Positions 42,208-52,258 of a stretch of DNA of 59,119 nucleotides are shown piece by piece. Origin of the DNA: an uncultured Methanosarcinales archaeon (GTDB lineage Archaea; Nanobdellota; Nanobdellia; Woesearchaeales; ARS49); the NCBI GenBank assembly GCA_964362535.1, contig CAYIEN010000004.1, positions 3,571 to 62,689 of the forward strand. The letters run 5' to 3'. Position numbers and translations under genes: made by a program. Below the pieces are notes generated by a model that worked only from the letters and a program-made list of their open reading frames with translations, was not told where the DNA came from and searched no databases. Position 1 is the stretch's first letter. Every line of letters starts with the position of its first letter.

Positions 42208-43878
42208 ATGGATTTCAAGCAGGTTATCACGGAAGCGCTCATGAAGGAGTCGAAGGCTGAGATAGTGCTGGAAGTTCCGCCAAATACTGAGTTGGGTGAC
42301 TTTGCGTTTCCTTGTTTCTTGTTAGCGAAAGAGCACAAGAAGAACCCTGCTCAGATTGCGCAAGATCTCGCGAAGAAGCTCAAAATAAACGGCATCGCGA
42401 AAATCGAGGCGAAGGGACCGTACATCAATTTCTTTGTTGACAAGTCATTGTTAGCAATGCAAGTCTTGGACAAAATTCTCGAAAACAAAAACTTCGGTAG
42501 CAACCAGTCAGGCAAAGGCAAACATGCATTAATCGAACACACAAGTGTGAATCCGAACGCGAGTCCGCATGTTGGTCGCGCTAGAAACTCAATGATTGGT
42601 GACGCAGTTGTACGAATGCTGAGATTTGAAGGCTACAAAACAGACGTTCACTACTTCGTAAATGACATCGGTAAACAAATCGCAATGTTGGTCTTAGGCA
42701 GCAAAGGGAAGAAGCCCACATTCCAAGAATTGCTCCAACTCTACGTCGACTTCAACAAAAAGGTCGAGGAACATCCTGAGTTAGAGCAAGAAGTTCTTGC
42801 ATTGCTCAAAAAGTTGGAAGACGGCGATCTCAAAGTCAAGAAAGAGTTCAGAGAAATTGTTGACACGTGCATCAAAGGTCAAAAAGCAATTTTGAGCGAG
42901 TTCGGAATCGAATTCGACTCGTTTGATTACGAATCTGATTATTTGTTCAACAAGACGACAGAAAAAGTATTGGCTGATTTGAAAAAATCGAACAAAATGT
43001 TTACGGACGAACAAAACAGAACCGTTCTCGATCTCAAAGGTTTCAAGGAAGTGGAAGAGGGAATGAAGAGCCCTGTTCTTGTACTGACAAGAAATGACGG
43101 AACATCATTGTACCCACTCCGTGATCTCGCGTATTCGTTGGACAAGGCTGCGTGGGCGAAGGGAAGAAACATTCTCGTACTCGGCGAAGACCAAAAATTG
43201 TATTTCCACCAAATCGCAGCAGCATTATCATTCCTGAAAGCCGAAGCTCCCGAGCCAGTCCACTATTCATTCGTATTAATTGCTGATGGTAAGATGTCAA
43301 CCAGAAAAGGAACGGTTGTTCTGCTCGAAGACTTCATGCATGAGGCTGTTGAAAAAGCGAAGAGCGAAATTTTGGCAAGAGAACCCGGACGTAAAGGCAA
43401 AGAGTTTGAAGCATTGGCAAGAACCATCGCCTACGGTGCGGTGAAATACGGCATTTTGAAGGTTTCGCCGGACAAGAACGTGACGTTTGATTGGGAGCAA
43501 GCGCTTTCATTTGAAGGTGATTCCGGACCGTACGTACAATATGCTCACGCACGTATTTGTTCCATCTTACACAAAGCAGAAAAGGGCAAGAAGCCTGATT
43601 TCGGCATGTTGACGCACAAAGCGGAAGCGAATCTCATTAACAAATTGGCAATCTTTCCAGAAATCGTAGCCCAGGCAACAAAGCAATTGTCGCCGCACAG
43701 CATTGCGAACTACGCAAAGGAATTGGCGCAAGAGTTCACATCCTTTTACCATGAATGTCCTGTTCTCACATCAGAAGGCGGCATGAAAGACGCACGAGTT
43801 GCGTTGTGCAAGGCCTCGAAACAAGTCTTAGCGAGCGCTTTGGAGCTTCTTGGCATTGACGCGCCGGAAGCGATGTAA
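42208..43878 (+). CDS. argS: Arginyl-tRNA synthetase
   Basis: GDFAFPCF, SVNPN..PHVGR.RN, KMSTRKG, GDSGPYVQYAHARI, C-terminal PEAM. Confidence 0.98.
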   Translation: MDFKQVITEALMKESKAEIVLEVPPNTELGDFAFPCFLLAKEHKKNPAQIAQDLAKKLKINGIAKIEAKGPYINFFVDKSLLAMQVLDKILENKNFGSNQSGKGKHALIEHTSVNPNASPHVGRARNSMIGDAVVRMLRFEGYKTDVHYFVNDIGKQIAMLVLGSKGKKPTFQELLQLYVDFNKKVEEHPELEQEVLALLKKLEDGDLKVKKEFREIVDTCIKGQKAILSEFGIEFDSFDYESDYLFNKTTEKVLADLKKSNKMFTDEQNRTVLDLKGFKEVEEGMKSPVLVLTRNDGTSLYPLRDLAYSLDKAAWAKGRNILVLGEDQKLYFHQIAAALSFLKAEAPEPVHYSFVLIADGKMSTRKGTVVLLEDFMHEAVEKAKSEILAREPGRKGKEFEALARTIAYGAVKYGILKVSPDKNVTFDWEQALSFEGDSGPYVQYAHARICSILHKAEKGKKPDFGMLTHKAEANLINKLAIFPEIVAQATKQLSPHSIANYAKELAQEFTSFYHECPVLTSEGGMKDARVALCKASKQVLASALELLGIDAPEAM

Positions 43879-43952
43879 TTCGATTCCTCAATAGAGCCTC
43901 ACCGTCGACAAACACCAAAAGACTTATATACTGTAGTATATAAATCAACAGT

Positions 43953-44291
43953 ATGGCTTTATCGAAAGAAGGCATGCAATCAGCAACCCGAGAAGCGGTC
44001 AGCTACAGCTCCGCCTACAACGTGCCTGTCGCTCCGATTAAAGCGGCTGCAAGCATGATTTATGCAGGCAAATCTCCGGTTAAAGTTGCTCGTGCATTCA
44101 TTGACAAACAATATCACGGAGTTATTTGCGATTACTTGTTGAACACGCATCCGGGTGCGGGTCGTGATCCAAAACAAATCAAAGCCATCAAAGTATTTTA
44201 CGGAATGTCGTTGGAAGAACGCGCGAAGTTCATGCAGGACGTTCTAGATCACAATTACGCGCGCACGCATCCGGAACAGAAGACTGCGTAA
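43953..44291 (+). CDS. Hypothetical protein
   Basis: 112-aa ORF, TATA upstream. Confidence 0.55.
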   Translation: MALSKEGMQSATREAVSYSSAYNVPVAPIKAAASMIYAGKSPVKVARAFIDKQYHGVICDYLLNTHPGAGRDPKQIKAIKVFYGMSLEERAKFMQDVLDHNYARTHPEQKTA

Positions 44292-44345
44292 TGCATCGTT
44301 TCTACCGCAATAAAGCATAAATAGTTCTGAAAAAGAAATTTCTGC

Positions 44346-44771
44346 ATGGATCCGGTCCGAATAAAAAGAATTCTTCCTGATGTGACGTTTCCGAAGTATA
44401 GTAGTGCGGAAGCTTCAGGTCTTGATTTGTATGCGGGTGAAACTAAAGTAATGGCTCCGGGTGAGCATTGCATGGTTCGTTCAGGTATTGCAATGCAGAT
44501 TCCAAAGGGTTTTGTCGGTTTGATTTGGGACAAGTCTGGTCGCGCGGCAAACGGCATCAAGACGATGGGTGGCGTGATTGATTCGGATTATCGTGGCGAA
44601 ATCATGTTTATTCTGAAGAACGTCAAAGACACTCCTTTTACGGTTGAAAAAAACACGAAGTTGGCGCAAATGATTTTTCACAGGGTTGAACAACACATTA
44701 TTGAAGAAGCGAATGACTTGAACGATACTGCTCGTGGTGAAGGTAAGTTTGGCAGTACGGGGTTGAAATGA
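44346..44771 (+). CDS. dut: Trimeric dUTPase
   Basis: SGLDL, KSG, GGVIDSDYRGEI, AQMI, RGEGKFGSTG. Confidence 0.96.
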   Translation: MDPVRIKRILPDVTFPKYSSAEASGLDLYAGETKVMAPGEHCMVRSGIAMQIPKGFVGLIWDKSGRAANGIKTMGGVIDSDYRGEIMFILKNVKDTPFTVEKNTKLAQMIFHRVEQHIIEEANDLNDTARGEGKFGSTGLK

Positions 44772-44887
44772 AAAAACCAAAGAACAATAAGGATATTATT
44801 GAAAAGTCGGAAGCCTACGGTGACGACATTCCTGCTGACGACCCATTGTTTAAGCAGAAGAAAGTACGTAAAGGGCAGGCGAAGTAG
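44768..44887 (+). CDS. 39-aa basic microprotein (not in ORF track)
   Basis: ATGA overlap with the dut stop; MKKPKNNKDIIEKSEAYGDDIPADDPLFKQKKVRKGQAK. Confidence 0.45.
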   Translation: MKKPKNNKDIIEKSEAYGDDIPADDPLFKQKKVRKGQAK

Positions 44888-44889
44888 GC

Positions 44890-45477
44890 TTAACGTCGTC
44901 CGTAATTTCTTGGAGAATCATCCGTATCTGCGCCGTGCTTGTAGCCTCGAACATTCGTATCTTCATTCTTCTTGTAACCCTTATCGACAGAAATGGCTTG
45001 AACCGCTTCTTCTGATTTGAGTTTGTACGTGGCTGTTTTGCCGTCTTCGTCGGACTTAAATGTCTGGCCACAAGTACAAGACGCCATAATGGTGCCGTGG
45101 TCGTGTCCGCCAGAATAAATGTTTCCGCCTTTTTTGGCTTCAATGTTTCCGCCGCGAGTGTATGCGTTGTAAACTTGTCCGAAGGAGTCTTCTTTCTTCT
45201 TCTTGTCAGCCTCATCAGGTTTTGCTTCAGGAGTCATTCCTGCGGCTTTCAGAAGTTTATTGTCTTGTTTTTGGAGTAATGCTTCGAATCCGCCTTCTTT
45301 CTTTTCGGAAGCAAGTTGTAATTTAGCATCGGCGTGCTGTTTTTGGTGTTCTTTCCACGCTTCAGAATTCTCGATGACTTTGAGCTGCGATTTTTCTACT
45401 TCTTTTATGGAGAGAGTGTTATCAATAGTGACGATCTTGGGTGCTTCAACAACGGTGATGGTTGTCTTGCGGGGCAT
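44890..45477 (-). CDS. Hypothetical low-complexity protein with HDH..SCTCG motif
   Basis: Lys/Glu/Gly/Tyr-rich ORF. Confidence 0.6.
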   Translation of the reverse strand: MPRKTTITVVEAPKIVTIDNTLSIKEVEKSQLKVIENSEAWKEHQKQHADAKLQLASEKKEGGFEALLQKQDNKLLKAAGMTPEAKPDEADKKKKEDSFGQVYNAYTRGGNIEAKKGGNIYSGGHDHGTIMASCTCGQTFKSDEDGKTATYKLKSEEAVQAISVDKGYKKNEDTNVRGYKHGADTDDSPRNYGRR

Positions 45478-45546
45478 AGGCAAAAAGCAAGCAACAGGAT
45501 TTATAAGCTTGTTGCATGATGCCAGTATAGAAAAAAGCGTGATGAA

Positions 45547-46770
45547 ATGAAAACAGCAAACATGTTTTTACTGTGTTTCTTACTTATCTTAGTTGGTTGC
45601 TCGCAGCAGCGCGAAATATCCCGTGACCAGCTCACAACACCGCCTGTTGACGAAGTAATATCTGAACAAGTGGTAGAAAATGAAACGCGAGTTTCTGCTG
45701 ATGAACAACGGTCGGAGGGTCCGCCTCAAATGAATAGTGGTTGTGAAGGCACTGGTAAAGTGACGTTGACGGTCGCGCCGATGGCATTTGAGAATATTGA
45801 GGCGATTGTGCCGTTGGGAATGATTATTCCTCCGGGGCACATCACGCCGATTGATCACCAGTATTATTATCCGTATTCGTGGAAGCCAGAATTGCGTAAG
45901 GAAGATTTGGTTGACGTGTTTGCGCCTGCTGACGGTGTAGTCACATCAATTGACTCGATGCCTGCGTTTTTCAGCAAGGGGGAGGATATTGGTTTGGGAG
46001 ATTACCGCTTTGTCATTCATCACTCCTGCACGTTGTATTCCATCTATATTCATTTGCACGAGCTTTCGCCGAAACTACAGGCAATGCTTGAAAACCGTAA
46101 GCCAGTGAAGGTTGTAGCGGGCGAAGTGCTCGGCACCGCGACCTCGTTTGACTTTTCATTGCATGATGAGGATGTAACGTTGACGGGTTTTGTTGTTCCC
46201 GCGCATTATGAGCGCGAGCCGTGGAAAATCCATACGGTTGATCCGTTCGATTACTTTGCTCCTGAACTAAAAGCACAATTGTTGGAAAAGAATGTGCGTG
46301 TTGCCGAGCCTCGTGGCGGAAAGATAGACTATGATGTTGATGGAAAACTGATTGGTAACTGGTTTGTGGAAAACACGAATGGGTATATGGGTGTTAAGCA
46401 GCCGAATTATTATGAGTCGCATCTTGCTTTCGCGCCGGACGCATATGACCCGTCAGCGTATCTTGTCGGGCTTGGCAAGGACAGTGGTATTGAAGGGGTG
46501 TTTGTGCTTAACGGGCCAAATCCTGCGTCAATTGATACTTCATCCGGAATAGTCACGTACAAGCTATTCCCTGTTGAGTATGTGGATGGGCAGGGCAAGA
46601 ATTGGGACCGAGTATCGTTCGTGCGCCCGGTGTTTATAGAAAAGTCAGGTGTTGCGCAGGGAGTGTTGCTCGCGCAAGTATTGGACTCCCGTAAGTTAAA
46701 GTTGGAGACGTTCCCCGGAAAAACGTCTGCTGCGGGATTTACGGATAAAGCTGTTATTTATGAGCGTTAA
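45547..46770 (+). CDS. Lipoprotein with M23/LytM-like (hybrid-motif) domain
   Basis: Lipobox LILVG-C; GH..PIDH, VFAPADGVV, YIHL, V.AGEVLG, VDPFDYF. Confidence 0.65.
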   Translation: MKTANMFLLCFLLILVGCSQQREISRDQLTTPPVDEVISEQVVENETRVSADEQRSEGPPQMNSGCEGTGKVTLTVAPMAFENIEAIVPLGMIIPPGHITPIDHQYYYPYSWKPELRKEDLVDVFAPADGVVTSIDSMPAFFSKGEDIGLGDYRFVIHHSCTLYSIYIHLHELSPKLQAMLENRKPVKVVAGEVLGTATSFDFSLHDEDVTLTGFVVPAHYEREPWKIHTVDPFDYFAPELKAQLLEKNVRVAEPRGGKIDYDVDGKLIGNWFVENTNGYMGVKQPNYYESHLAFAPDAYDPSAYLVGLGKDSGIEGVFVLNGPNPASIDTSSGIVTYKLFPVEYVDGQGKNWDRVSFVRPVFIEKSGVAQGVLLAQVLDSRKLKLETFPGKTSAAGFTDKAVIYER

Positions 46771-46826
46771 TTGCAGTGTTTGTTTCTAGTGTAAGCTTTT
46801 TAAAGAGCAACGTGCAGGAATAGTGT

Positions 46827-49800
46827 ATGTCTTACGATCCGAAAGCGGTGGAGCCTGCAGTTCGTGCCTTTTGGGCACAGAATAAGGTGTATGAGAAGGC
46901 CAAGAAGAAGGTAGCTGGCAAAACGTCATTCTACTTTTTGGACGGGCCTCCTTACACGTCAGGCAAAGTCCACCTCGGCACGAGCTGGAATAAGTCGCTC
47001 AAAGATATGTTTCTTCGATTCAAGCGCATGTCTGGTTTTGATGTGTGGGATCGCGCTGGCTACGACATGCATGGCCTTCCGACAGAAAACAACGTGAGAA
47101 AAAAGCTCAAGCTGTTCACGAAGAAGGAAATCGAAAATTATGGTCTTGCGAAGTTCAATGATGAGTGCGAGAAGTTCTGTGTTGACATGATGCACGTCAT
47201 GAACAAAACGTTTACGGACCTCGGCATTTGGATGGATTTTGAGCATGCCTACCAGCCGATCTCGCGAGAATACATCAGCGGCGAATGGTTCCTTATCAAG
47301 TCTGCGCACGACAAAAAGAGACTGTATGAAGGGCTCAGAACGATGTCGTGGTGTCCTTCCTGTCAGACTAACCTTGCAAAGCACGAGTTGGAATACGCAA
47401 CGGTGACGGACGAATCTATTTTCGTAAAACTCAAGGTCAAAGATAAATCAAACGAGTATCTCATTATCTGGACGACGACTCCGTGGACGATTCCGATGAA
47501 TTTGGCTGTCATGGTCAACCCGGAACTCGACTACGTAAGAGCAAACGTCGAAGGGGAAGTCTGGATCATGGCGAAAGCGCTTGCAGGAACACTTGTCAGC
47601 GCTGTCGCAGAAAAGAAAATGTCCATCTTGGAAGAATTCAAGGGCGAAACGCTTGAAGGCTTGGAATACACGCATCCGTTTGCCGACACGATTCACGATT
47701 ACAAAGAAATGAAGGTTAAACATCCAAAGTTGCACACCGTCATTCTGAGTCAAGAATATGTCGACACGAGCGCAGGTTCAGGGTTAGTTCACTGCGCTCC
47801 GGGTTGCGGTCCGGAAGACTACGAAGTCGGCTACCGTAACGGTTTGCCTGCGTGGAATGTTGTTGACGAGCGCGGTTCGTTCCCTGCAAGCATGAAAGAA
47901 TTCGCAGGATTCATCGCGAAGAAGGACGATTCCAAATTCATTGATGCGCTCAAAAAGCGCAACGCAATCATCGCGACAACCAAAGTCTCGCACGACTACG
48001 GCCATTGCCAGCGGTGCCATCACGCGATTATCTTCCGAACGAGCAAACAGTGGTTCTTCAAAGTTGAAGATTTGAAAGAGCAGATGATTGAGGCGAACAA
48101 GAATGTGAAGTGGGTGCCGCAGGCGGCGTTCAACGCGTTTGATTCGTGGCTCAAAAATCTCAGAGACAACTCGATTACGAAGCAGAACTTCTGGGGTACT
48201 CCAGTACCGATTTGGAAGTGTTCGCAATGCGACAAGCATGATGTGTATGGCTCGTTAGATGAGCTTGAAGCGAAGACAAAAGTCAAAGTCACGAAGTTGC
48301 ATCGTCCGTGGATTGATGAAGTAACGTACGCCTGCAGTTGCGGTGGTACGAAGAAGCGTATTCCTGACGTACTTGACGTCTGGGTTGACGCCGGTACAGC
48401 GTCGTGGAACTGTCTTGATTATCCGCAAAAGAAGGATTTGTTCAACAAAATGTTCCCTGCTGACTTTATTTTGGAAGGTAAAGACCAAATTCGTGGCTGG
48501 TTTAACTTGTTGATGATTGCGAGCATGTTGTGTTTCAACAAGCCGAGCTTCAAGGCGGTGTACATGCATGGTTTCATTAACGATTCGCAGGGTCGTAAGA
48601 TGTCAAAGTCTCTTGGCAACCAGATTGAGCCGGAAGAGGTCGTTAGCGTCTACGGCGCGGACACGTTGAGATACTTCCAGACGGGTTCTGCCGCGCCTGG
48701 CATCGACCAATCATACAATCCTGAAGATGTCAAGCTGAAATACAAAAATTTAGTCGTTCTTTGGAACGTGCACAATTTCCTTATTGAGATGGCAAAAGAC
48801 GCGCCGGAAAGCAAAGCAGGTGCGGACGTTCCCGAGCATTACATTTTGAGCAAACTCAACACGACCATCCAAGCAGTCACGCGCGCGTTTGACGAGTACA
48901 GACTCAACGAAGTTCCTTGGCTCATCGAAGAACTCTACTTGGAACTCTCGCGAACCTACATTCAATTAGTGCGAGACAAGGCAAACAGCGAGGACAAGGG
49001 AATTGTTATCGCGACCATCAAGCGTGTCTTGCTGGACACTATTGCGATGCTCGCGCCTGTAGCGCCATTCATCGCGGAACAGATGTATCAGAATCTCAAG
49101 GAAGCCTTCAATCTGAAAGCGGAAAGCGTGCACTTGTTGGACTGGCCGAAGTGTAACGCCAAAGAAATCAACACGAAGCTTGAGCAGCAGTTTAAGATTG
49201 CGGGCAACATCATGCAGGCAGCCCTTTACGCGCGAGAAAAGATCAAGCTCGGCGTCCGATGGCCAGTAAAGGGAATCGTCGTATTAACGGTCAATCCTGA
49301 CGTCAAGCTCGCAATTGTTGGGCTTGGCGAAGTCATTAAGTCGCAGGTCAATATCAAAGATATCAAAGTGCAGGAAGCGCTTCCGGAAGTCAAGGAAGAA
49401 GTACACATTAACTCAGCAAACATCGGTAAAGCATTCAAGCAGCACGCTCCTGCGGTCATGAAGGCGCTCCAAAGCACGAAGTTGAGCGACATTGCAAAGC
49501 AACTCAGAACAGGCGCGTACATTCTCAAAATCGGCGAAACAGAATTCAGACTTACACAGGACCATTTTACGTTTGTGCGTACGATGCCGGATCATCTTGT
49601 TGAAGTGCCGTTTAGCGACGGCATTGTTTACTTGGACAAAGAGTCAACGAAAGAGCTGGAAGCCGAGGGTTTCATGCGCGAAGTCATGCGTCGAATTCAG
49701 GAAGCCAGAAAGAAAGCAGGTCTTGAAAAGCAGGACAAGATTGATCTTCACTTGGAAGTTTCGGATGACGTTCGCGAGATGTTGAAGGACTGGCACGCGG

Positions 49801-49928
49801 TCATTGCGGAAAAGGTCAACGCAAAGATGCTGAAAGTCGATGTAAGTCCGCCGTCAAAGCAGCACAAGAACCGTTCTTCTGAAGAATTGAAGGGCGAAAT
49901 TTTCTCGATTCATTTTGATGTGGTTTGA
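46827..49928 (+). CDS. ileS: Isoleucyl-tRNA synthetase (archaeal/eukaryal type)
   Basis: DGPPYTSG.VHLG, DMHGLP, WTTTPWT.P.N, GLVH.APG, DQIRGWF, KMSKS. Confidence 0.98.
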   Translation: MSYDPKAVEPAVRAFWAQNKVYEKAKKKVAGKTSFYFLDGPPYTSGKVHLGTSWNKSLKDMFLRFKRMSGFDVWDRAGYDMHGLPTENNVRKKLKLFTKKEIENYGLAKFNDECEKFCVDMMHVMNKTFTDLGIWMDFEHAYQPISREYISGEWFLIKSAHDKKRLYEGLRTMSWCPSCQTNLAKHELEYATVTDESIFVKLKVKDKSNEYLIIWTTTPWTIPMNLAVMVNPELDYVRANVEGEVWIMAKALAGTLVSAVAEKKMSILEEFKGETLEGLEYTHPFADTIHDYKEMKVKHPKLHTVILSQEYVDTSAGSGLVHCAPGCGPEDYEVGYRNGLPAWNVVDERGSFPASMKEFAGFIAKKDDSKFIDALKKRNAIIATTKVSHDYGHCQRCHHAIIFRTSKQWFFKVEDLKEQMIEANKNVKWVPQAAFNAFDSWLKNLRDNSITKQNFWGTPVPIWKCSQCDKHDVYGSLDELEAKTKVKVTKLHRPWIDEVTYACSCGGTKKRIPDVLDVWVDAGTASWNCLDYPQKKDLFNKMFPADFILEGKDQIRGWFNLLMIASMLCFNKPSFKAVYMHGFINDSQGRKMSKSLGNQIEPEEVVSVYGADTLRYFQTGSAAPGIDQSYNPEDVKLKYKNLVVLWNVHNFLIEMAKDAPESKAGADVPEHYILSKLNTTIQAVTRAFDEYRLNEVPWLIEELYLELSRTYIQLVRDKANSEDKGIVIATIKRVLLDTIAMLAPVAPFIAEQMYQNLKEAFNLKAESVHLLDWPKCNAKEINTKLEQQFKIAGNIMQAALYAREKIKLGVRWPVKGIVVLTVNPDVKLAIVGLGEVIKSQVNIKDIKVQEALPEVKEEVHINSANIGKAFKQHAPAVMKALQSTKLSDIAKQLRTGAYILKIGETEFRLTQDHFTFVRTMPDHLVEVPFSDGIVYLDKESTKELEAEGFMREVMRRIQEARKKAGLEKQDKIDLHLEVSDDVREMLKDWHAVIAEKVNAKMLKVDVSPPSKQHKNRSSEELKGEIFSIHFDVV

Positions 49929-50548
49929 ACGGCGAGTTTGTCCCACCAGTAGCGGGTGAGTTCTATTTTTCCTAAATAGGATAAGTCATTGCCTGACCGA
50001 ACAAAGTTATCTGATCCAGAATAACGAGTGTGGGGACTGATGAAAAGGAAATCGAGGTCTTCTTCTTTGTGTAGTTTGCTGATTTTTGTTTCGAGGCGGC
50101 GAACTTCGGACGTGATTCCAGGGAGTGAATGTTGGGGGTTGAACGTGACGGGAAGGCCATCAACAACGTATTCAACACTAGGATAATGCAAAAAGGAGTT
50201 GGGATTGCTTTCTCGAAACAAACGTATATCATCAATAAAGGTGTTGTGGGTTGCGATAAAGCGTTTAATTGTTGATTTGCAGAGGGGTATGTTTCCGCAA
50301 CGAACGGTTTCTTCGATGTCGAGCAAATAGTTGCACAGAATTTTGTGGTTTTCAAGAAAGTCTTCGATGACGGGGCCGTGTACTTTCATTCGGTCTGCGA
50401 GCGTTCCGTGACTTGATTGGCCCCAGAGTGGCGGCACAACATCAATGTTTTTGTTGCAGCGCAAGGGGTCGAGTGCGGAGTTAGCAAGAGCATGATAAAA
50501 GCCAAGTAATTGGTGGCGCAAGGGTCGTTGTGGCTTGGCATAGTGCAT
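49910..50548 (-). CDS. Hypothetical protein
   Basis: 212-aa ORF with divergent TATA. Confidence 0.55.
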   Translation of the reverse strand: MHYAKPQRPLRHQLLGFYHALANSALDPLRCNKNIDVVPPLWGQSSHGTLADRMKVHGPVIEDFLENHKILCNYLLDIEETVRCGNIPLCKSTIKRFIATHNTFIDDIRLFRESNPNSFLHYPSVEYVVDGLPVTFNPQHSLPGITSEVRRLETKISKLHKEEDLDFLFISPHTRYSGSDNFVRSGNDLSYLGKIELTRYWWDKLAVQTTSK

Positions 50549-50629
50549 ATATTGGGCAATTTAAGGACTGTTTAAAAGTATTTGTGTTGCGACTGATTTA
50601 AATACTCGTTTTGCTTACAAGTTTTAATC

Positions 50630-51067
50630 ATGAGAGAGACTCCACTTGCTGAATTAACATTACGAAAGTATGAGAAGCCGTTTGATATCAGAGGAAGAGA
50701 TTTAGTAAAAAAGATTTGTTTGAGCCTTGGACTTTTGCAGCCAGGTGATTCTCGCGACGTTATTGTTGATGTGTTCTCCGTCTTAATCATCGACCGAAGT
50801 TTGCAGGACTCAGATACTATTGAGCGCAGAGTCAAAGAATTGCGCAGAGTGGAGAAACTGCCGTTGCGCGGCGTTGCTCCGTCAAATATCAGGCGTCAAT
50901 TGAAGAGATTAAGGGATATTTATTTGGTGGAGAAACAAGGCAGCCAGTACAGAATAACGGAAGGAGCAAACCTCAAAGACTTGTTTGAAGAGAAGATTGA
51001 GAAGTTCTATCTGCGAACAATTTTGGAACGCGTGAAAGAATACTTGTCAGAGCTGGAATTACGCTGA
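50630..51067 (+). CDS. Conserved winged-helix protein
   Basis: LAELTLRKYEKP, CLSLGLLQPGDSRD, SNIRRQLKRL...LVEK....YR. Confidence 0.75.
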   Translation: MRETPLAELTLRKYEKPFDIRGRDLVKKICLSLGLLQPGDSRDVIVDVFSVLIIDRSLQDSDTIERRVKELRRVEKLPLRGVAPSNIRRQLKRLRDIYLVEKQGSQYRITEGANLKDLFEEKIEKFYLRTILERVKEYLSELELR

Positions 51068-51235
51068 TTCTTTGCGAAGATAGAACGTAACTTGTTTTTC
51101 GGAAACGACTCGCCCGTAGCTCAATTGCTTAGCTTCGAGGTATTCTTGGACTCCTGCGATAGTTTCGCGTGACTCTTTCGTATCTAACTTAGATAGGATG
51201 AGGTACAGCTCTAACGTGGATTGTTCGTTGCTCAT
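51059..51235 (-). CDS. 58-aa small protein (not in ORF track)
   Basis: MSNEQSTLELYLILSKLDTKESRETIAGVQEYLEAKQLSYGRVVSEKQVTFYLRKESA; GGAG before ATG, TTTATAAA upstream. Confidence 0.5.
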   Translation of the reverse strand: MSNEQSTLELYLILSKLDTKESRETIAGVQEYLEAKQLSYGRVVSEKQVTFYLRKESA

Positions 51236-51314
51236 ACTCCTGTTTCCTGACGGTCCCTTTATAAAGCTTATGGAAAAACAAGGTTTAAATACTACTAACT
51301 AGAGATGACAAAGC

Positions 51315-52211
51315 ATGGAATATACTCGGAGAGAAATGCTCGCATTGACAGGTCTCGGACTTGCTGGATTGCTGGGTTGCGAAGCGAAAGCAGTGGAAGA
51401 GACGAAAGCGTGCACGTTTGCAAGAGAATATCCGAACAGCGAGTTTGCGCGCGTCATTGAGCGGGTTCCGGTTCCAAACGCAGTGAAATGTCTGGTGCAT
51501 GTGCGGCAGCAGCACAGCGTTGAAGCAACTGTTTTTGAAAAGTTTATTGCGCCGAGTTTTGCGATTCCGGAAAAGCGCGCTCAATGGCAAAAGACGTATG
51601 CGGACATCAACTCGTGCCAAAAGGAAATCGCGGAAATACTTTCTGCTGCTGCAAAAAAGTATGCTGGTGATATCTCTTTTTTTGCGGAAGGCGGTCATGG
51701 AAACGTTTCTTTACGGCAGGCACGAGAAGCATATGCGTTGACGCTGCAGCGAATCGATAAGAGCAAACTGTTTGATTTTCCTATTCTTGACCGCATTCTT
51801 GAGTATCAGTCATTAAGCCAAAAAAAGCAGTCGATGGAAGAGCACTTGCGATTTTTGCAGGTGCAGGAACAGATTGACACGATAAAATACATTCCTGGGG
51901 GTGATTTGTTTCTCGCAAAAGACGGCATCATTTCGCTGCAAGGCGCGGAAACAGAGGAAGGGAGCAGGATCGCAAGAGAGAAGATTTTGTCATCACCCGA
52001 TCCAAAAAATCCTCCGAAGGAAGTCTTGCAAGAAGTGAACACGATTCGCGAAAATGCTGTGCTGAGCTTGGTGGAAAAATCATCTTCAGTGATGAATTTT
52101 GTGACGTTCGGCGCCGTTCACCAGTTAGGAAAAACCGTGCAGGAATGGAACAAAACGCACGCGTGCGTTTATTCGTTTGTTTCAGTGACGCCTAACTCAT
52201 GCGAGAAGTAA
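51315..52211 (+). CDS. Putative twin-arginine (Tat) lipoprotein
   Basis: MEYTRREMLAL..GLAGLLG-C; FAEG, RE...L and FGAVH motifs. Confidence 0.65.
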   Translation: MEYTRREMLALTGLGLAGLLGCEAKAVEETKACTFAREYPNSEFARVIERVPVPNAVKCLVHVRQQHSVEATVFEKFIAPSFAIPEKRAQWQKTYADINSCQKEIAEILSAAAKKYAGDISFFAEGGHGNVSLRQAREAYALTLQRIDKSKLFDFPILDRILEYQSLSQKKQSMEEHLRFLQVQEQIDTIKYIPGGDLFLAKDGIISLQGAETEEGSRIAREKILSSPDPKNPPKEVLQEVNTIRENAVLSLVEKSSSVMNFVTFGAVHQLGKTVQEWNKTHACVYSFVSVTPNSCEK

Positions 52212-52258
52212 ACTTCATTCCCACAATCCTTAAATAGTTCTGAAAACGGAATAGTGTT

